A stretch of 57,547 bases of DNA, counting the filler, from Circinaria calcarea (Eukaryota): NCBI GenBank assembly GCA_051942165.1. It is 4 parts of 4 records of this genome, joined end to end, with 100 filler letters (N's around TTAATTAATTAA, not from the genome) between each part and the next. Parts side by side here need not be neighbours in the genome. Positions count along the whole stretch, not along the records: positions 43,277 to 57,547 come from JAVECS010000446.1; 3 more parts are not named here. One strand, 5' to 3'. Of this stretch, positions 51,701 through 57,547 are shown piece by piece. Made by a program: the position numbers and the translations under genes. Positions within the stretch are counted from its first letter, which is position 1; each line of letters starts with the position of its first letter. Below the pieces are notes generated by a model, which was not told where the DNA came from, searched no databases, and saw only the letters and a program-made list of their open reading frames with translations.

Positions 51701-54700
51701 GCGTAAGTCGTAGCATTCTTCGATCTTAGCGCACTTACCGCCTGCGAATCTCTCACCCAATTCCAAACTATGCCAGACGGTCTGATTTTATTTTCGGACG
51801 CTTCTATCTCTGCTGTGTCCGGAGACTTAAAACGGGCCCCTGTCAACCGTGGCTGTTCTTCATCTTAAAATCCTTTGGTATGGCTTGCATCCCTTTTAAT
51901 CCGCTTGTGTTAACCGGGAACGCCAGTCCCATTTAGGTGTGTTCCCTCGCAATTTTCCGTCTCCACTCGCAGCTCATTTGCAGGCCTGGCACAAGGCTGC
52001 GTGACGCCCTGATCCTACATTATTCCGGTCTCATTTCTGATCGACAAGGTGCATGAGCCGTTTCATAGTCGCACTGATCCCGTTGGCAGCTGAGCGCACC
52101 CACTACGTCCGCTGCAGGGTTGAGGGAGGCCGTCCGGCTTGATTGGGGCCTCCTTCTAATCTTTGCGCGCTCAGGTACTCGACAACACGTTCGCGCACGG
52201 GCCCCTTTGTATGCATCTTTACATAAGACGCATCCTTCGATAACTAGTTGACTGAATTAAAGGGTTACTGACCGTTGCTGGGAATGAATAGTCTGCTATA
52301 CATCATCTCCTCTCACAGCTACCAATCCAGACAGCGAAGATGTAATCCCATATAGCAATGAGTATGATTGAAGGTGCTGCTAGAGTGGTTTAATGATATT
52401 GGAATGGTACTGGGCCTAATTCCTACCATCTTAAACCAGAGCCAATAATTCGTCGGAGCCCACGCGATTTCCGGGGTCGCAAATTCGAGTCATATAACCT
52501 GCAGGGGTGTGTGCAGGACATCGGCCAGGATATATTAGCAACCTCGACAGGAGTAGAGACCTAGTTTTCCTAAAACCTGCTGTGCCACCCAAGATTTTTC
52601 CAAAATTCAACGCTAAATCCGTCACTGATATGGGGGGTCACTGCAAAGGGATAGCTTCCACAACGCTATCACTACAGCATATCGTCGATTGCTGGCTGCC
52701 TGATATCTCAAACATCAATTCTCCAAGCCCAGGGATGAGTGCCCTAAAGGCACATTAGTGACTGCACAGACTCCACTGCGCTGGAATGATTGGTCCTGTT
52801 GATAGTGAGGTAACCTGTGTATGATCCCTCGCATAAACCTCGATGTAAGCGAGTGACGTACACTGGGAGGTGTAGAGTGAGCCGGGGGGCCATACTTCAA
52901 GTCGCGGAAGGTTGATACCGGTTGACACAGTCCAAGCCGATTGGTAGACCCGTGGGCGTTAAGATTAGGCTGTGTCAGCCAAAGGGCATAACAATAGCGT
53001 TGCTTTCTCCAAATTGCTAGGCATGCCAAACGCGCTCCCTACCCTTCACACATAGACTATTTGCTCGCGTCGAAATATATCTCATGCGAGCTTGAGGCGA
53101 ACCAAAAGATTTTGCGAGCAGAGATGCCATGTAGACCCAATCATTGAAGCAACGTACTCACGTTTAAGGAGCAGGGCTTTCCCACCGGTCTGATTACCCC
53201 AGTCATGACGAAGAAGTCAGCTATACACAATAGTGTGTCTCTTCTAGAATGGCTCAACCTGTATGAGGCTGTAAAGACCATCGGATGGTAGTGCCGAGTT
53301 ACCATGATGATTCTTCGCAGTGACAATAGATGATTGGTTGTTGATCTACAGAGCCCTGAAGGCTCTTCCCGGAGAGTTCCCAATCATTCCCGACAGGATG
53401 ATAAGTTTCTTGACCGATTCGTTCATCACGTGCTTCTAGGACACTTTGTGAAATGCCTGCGGCTGCGCTTGGTCAAGCCAAGCGCTAGTAAACCCTAAGT
53501 GAGCCTTCTTTAGACTCGGCAACCACTTAATGAAGACGTTTAGATCGTTATGAACAACTGATTTCTCATATGATCACATATAAGTCCTTTAGATTAGTTG
53601 TCCTGAGCGTTTCCGCAGTGTCATTTAAATAAAGCCCTAGCCTCGTTTCCTGTTCAAATTATTTGAAACCTTCTGGTAGCAGTCTTTTCTCGAGCATCAT
53701 TCACAACACAAACTCAAACATTTACTTTCCGTCTCGTGGACATGGTGGTCTAAGATTATTGAAGCGAAATTATGGCTGAAAGCTATGAGAGAAAAAACAT
53801 AACATTTAAGGAGGCGATCGGAAGTACTATTCGCAAATTCTCAGCGTGCAAAGAATAATCTAATACGTGCCAGGTATCTCAAGTCAGACTCTGGGAAAGA
53901 TGAGATTGTTTCCAGATACCTTCTCGCATTCTTCGAGGCAGCAAGAAGCCCTTTGAGGGCATGTATAGCCGCCAAGCCATACGCTTTCAACAATCCTGGA
54001 CCATTTAATCAATCGCCTTCAATGGTACAATCGATGGACTTTATATCGCATCTACAATGCTTTTGTTTATTTGTTCCCATATCATGTACTTCCAATTAAT
54101 ACAAACCTCCAGAGGGTTCATATTGATAAGTCGTTGAATTTGAGTTTCATTCCTTGTCATGGGCCTCTCTAGTCCAAAGGCTGCATACCTGCAGGCTGTC
54201 ATGCGAACCGTGGATAGAACCCGGTATGTACTACTTGCGCAATGTTTTAGTCTCTGACGGGAGACTGGCTACAAATCCTAGCATACTTGCTAACGAACGC
54301 CGAAGACCGCTACCACGGTTAGTGTCGGATTCGTTTCTGACCCAAAGACGAGACGAACAATGCTCAAAATCTCAGTTTGCAATCACGCATTAGATGAATA
54401 TGTTCGCTAGGAAATGCCTCCTCCAGGAAGAGTTGAATTGGCTCAGAGCTAAAGTCGTGGTAAACTCGACGGCTACCTGCAAAGAGGAAAATTAATATAC
54501 AGCGGCTGGCACTCCTTGGTCTAGGGGTACTGAGTTCCTCCCAAGGCGCAGTATTTAAAAATGTGAGCACTCCCAGTTCTGTTCTTTTGACTGAGATCGT
54601 GCTCCGAATATTTACAGCGAAGAAGCAGCCTTGATTCCCTCAGACTTTTTCGCTGTGCTGTCTCCGGGGACGCCAGGATCTTTCCAGCAACAACTGGTCT

Positions 54701-55335
54701 TATTGGAGGTGGCTATCTAGCACACACTATCGAGCGTGGCTTGACTTTGCGAAACCCTTTCTAAGCTCACCCCAGTACTAGTGACAAAGCTAGGAGGTTA
54801 CAAGGGGGGATGCAGGTTGTTCATGTCATAACAGGCAGGTCATTATGACAGCTGATTACGCGAGCTTGGGGGTGTAATTAATAATCGAGACTGAAGAATA
54901 AAATAGTGGCTTGGCTGCGAAAAACGTAGCTAGCGCAAATATCCGGTTCCTCTACAGCTTTAGATTGGCTGACCTAGCGAATTTGAATTAAACGCCTGTA
55001 TTTCTGAGATATACGCGTTTATATTATAGTATCACTTACTCGCTGCCACTGAGTTCGCTGCCACTACTATGCTGTTATTGTTATGCCAAAGAGTGTTGGA
55101 AAGCATAGGGCTTACCGAGTCACATATCACTTGCGGGTAATGCGTGGTCTATGCTCAACACTCTCTACACACCTTTCATAAGCACTTTTTCGCTGCGTAG
55201 CTAGCTTAGATAGTTGCACACTCACAGATAGCAATACATACAACCATACGTTTTGCGCGATATCTTCATGCATACTGCTTCTACAGGTCTTGAGTAACAA
55301 CTTATGTATAGTTTATCCTTGCTCTTCAGATCAAG

Positions 55336-55737
55336 ATGTCAAGACTTCAGCGATTTCTTGAGTCGATTTCCAAAGGCACTAGACACCCACTTTTGCAGAC
55401 AGTAATAGCTGCCGGGACAGCAACCGGTTCAGCTGTGTGGGTGAACTCAAATAACAACGCTGTTGGTACCGAGCTTTAATCAGAAATGCAACTCATGCTC
55501 AAATCAGAAATGCAACTCCTTCGTACTGAGATTCGATCAGAAATACAGCTTCTTCGCTTAGAAACACTACAATGCTTTGCTTTATGGTGCCCAAATAAGG
55601 ATTGCCGCGAACTATTTCGACAGAAATCAGAAAGCTTAACGATGCAAATCAATATGCCGAAGGTATTCAAGCCCAAGTCATGTAAACAAATAGGAAGTTC
55701 TAAATTAATTTTAGAAACCATAATTTTGCTCCGATAA
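55336..55737 (+). pseudogene. Small hydrophobic-segment plus coiled-coil protein interrupted by one TAA
   Basis: MSRLQRFLESISKGTRHPLLQTVIAAGTATGSAVWV...EL*SEMQLMLKSEMQLLRTEIRSEIQLLRLE; TAA at 55477-55479. Confidence 0.45.
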
Positions 55738-56475
55738 CCGGTATGGTCATCATGGGGTAAGCAACCCCTTTAATTTTTATACACGCCACCTACCTCATTC
55801 AGCCAAGCGTTCACATTGTGTTAGCCACCCCGTTCCGATATCATCACTTCACCCACTGTGTGCAGGAATGGGTATTGACCTGGCTACAGTTTTGGGATAT
55901 CAACGAACCGCAGCAGAAAGAGTCCATGGCAGCGAACCGGAACTGTCCTTTACCACTAGATCGCATTGGCCAAACGGGTTTAGATAGATAGAGTTTGGGA
56001 TCGTATGGTAGCATTACACAGCTAGCAGAAATGATAATCCAATAACAATAATCGAGGCCATAGCCAGAGCGTGATTCCGATATTGAGGGTTTTGCGCGGA
56101 ATGGCAAGCCGAAAGCTGAGCTACCTACATGGCTAGACCTCTACTCTCTTCTTCTCACCCTGTTACCTCTCAATTTACGGTTCAGATATGGACTTTTCGG
56201 CGCTGGAGACGACTCTGGCACCCAAAGGCTCACAGTCCATAACTTCTGTCCAGGCATTAATTTTAGTGGAAATTAGGTATAGGGGAAAGGTTGGGGAGCT
56301 TTCGGGATTTAATTTTTTGGCCGGTTAATCTCAGCTCTAGACTATGGTATGGTTAATTAGGTTTTTTATGTCATGTCGTATAATTTATTAAACGGCGAAT
56401 TACTGCCATAACCCCCCACCATTTACTGCCATACCCTGCCGCCCTTCCATCTTACTCACAGTATATTTTTAATTG

Positions 56476-56552
56476 TAATCCATCTCTTCTATAGTCTATA
56501 AGATCATGCCCATAGCCTGTGCTTCCGGACTCGGTGCGCAGAGGGAGGAGAG
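56476..56552 (-). repeat. Dispersed repeat, inverted homologue of 11477-11553
   Basis: Shared exact 27-mer tagcctgtgcttccggactcggtgcgc within an ungapped ~77-nt alignment. Confidence 0.85.
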
Positions 56553-57113
56553 CATCCAGCGGAGGATTTTGGCTCGCGGATCTACCACATTCTATGCTGA
56601 TGGAGTCCATCCGTACTATTAAATTAACATTTCCCCGCATCCACGTAGTTGAGAGCCTATTGCTAAGCGCACAGGAAGTCTTCAAGCGTGTATAACATTT
56701 AATTATGATGGTTGGATATCGATATACTTAAGGTCATACTGAATCTGCACGGCAAACTGTATCTCATTTCCTACATATAATGGATCCACTCACGAACGGC
56801 TCGCCGTGGCTGTTGGCGACAGGTCCTCCGCCTCAATCCTCTGGATGAACTGCAATAAAAGAACACTGCCACGTATACTTTCCTGCAATGTATCTGACAG
56901 CCTCATTTATTATCAATAGGAATACCAAAATGACAGACTTGACGTTCCTGGGATTTTAGCCTTCCCCGGGGGTGAGTCAGAGATTTTGATTTTGACTCTC
57001 GACCAGACTATTTGTATTTCCGAGTATCCTGTGCGTTAATGTCATGAGTCCACTGCATTGTTGATTGAGTTACTCTATACCTGTCGTCTATTGCTATAAC
57101 TTGCTTTTGAAAA

Positions 57114-57547
57114 ATGTCTACCAAGTATCCCAAGATATCGGGGAAGGTCCAGGACTTCCTCGCAAACCTGTCCCGTCTTGAGCTCAGCGACCAACCTACT
57201 ACTATCCCGTTGACCGGTACCGTCAAACTTCACGGCGCCCATGCTGATATAGTCGTACACGCGGACAACACTATTCAGCTCCAATCTCGAAATGTTCTGG
57301 ATCTCAAGCTCGAAAACGACAGCTATGGCTACGCAGCCTTCATGCTGCCCCTACGGCCCGAGATCCTTAGCCTCAAAGATCGATACTACAAAAGGTATGA
57401 GGAACTCAACCCTAGAGTTGCCATCAACCCAGAGCACCCTCTGATCATCGCCGGCGAATGGATTGGTGCAGCAATCCAGAAAGGAGTCGCCATAGCTTCC
57501 CTCTCCAAGCGTTTTGTTATAATCTCGGTCTCCATCAACAACACCTG
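57114..57547 (+). CDS. Rnl2-like ATP-dependent RNA ligase, N-terminal part; runs off the window and is absent from the ORF track
   Basis: Open frame MSTKYPKI...GTVKLHGAHADI (motif I KxHG)...QSRN (Ia)...IIAGEWIG (III)..IQKGVAI...FVII. Confidence 0.8.
   Translation, partial: MSTKYPKISGKVQDFLANLSRLELSDQPTTIPLTGTVKLHGAHADIVVHADNTIQLQSRNVLDLKLENDSYGYAAFMLPLRPEILSLKDRYYKRYEELNPRVAINPEHPLIIAGEWIGAAIQKGVAIASLSKRFVIISVSINNT

Noticed and set aside
1..57547. tRNA, rRNA or CRISPR arrays
   Set aside because: None recognised; the sequence is fungal nuclear DNA with no repeat-spacer structure

Overview
Eukaryotic, intron-containing DNA from a filamentous ascomycete (Pezizomycotina-type genes; GT..AG introns with CTRAC-like branch sites). 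The window is four contigs joined by artificial 100-nt spacers (44 N + TTAATTAATTAA + 44 N), so adjacency across the spacers is not evidence of linkage. Contig 1 (1-14334) has a UaY/PPR1-like Zn2Cys6 factor, an MFS transporter, a gene-poor stretch with a TA-flanked MITE and a coding relic, and a sugar-transporter pseudogene. Contig 2 (14435-28760) is a housekeeping block: SARAF 3' end, PEX3, ATG101, YOP1, an RFX factor, an uncharacterised beta-sandwich protein and AOS1. Contig 3 (28861-43176) has a ferric reductase followed by an accessory region: two tandem retropepsin-like genes (one with DTG, one with a degenerate DKT motif) head-to-head with a DUF6594-like membrane protein, then a repeat-expanded Cys/His-domain protein and a frameshifted ankyrin gene. 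Contig 4 (43277-57547) has a GRDP/DUF1399 protein, a second Zn2Cys6 factor, about 8 kb without recognisable intact genes, and the 5' part of an Rnl2-like RNA ligase that the ORF track missed. The best candidate for an undescribed system is the protease/pseudoprotease/DUF6594 module. All family calls come from motif recognition by eye, not database searches, and exon boundaries were inferred manually.
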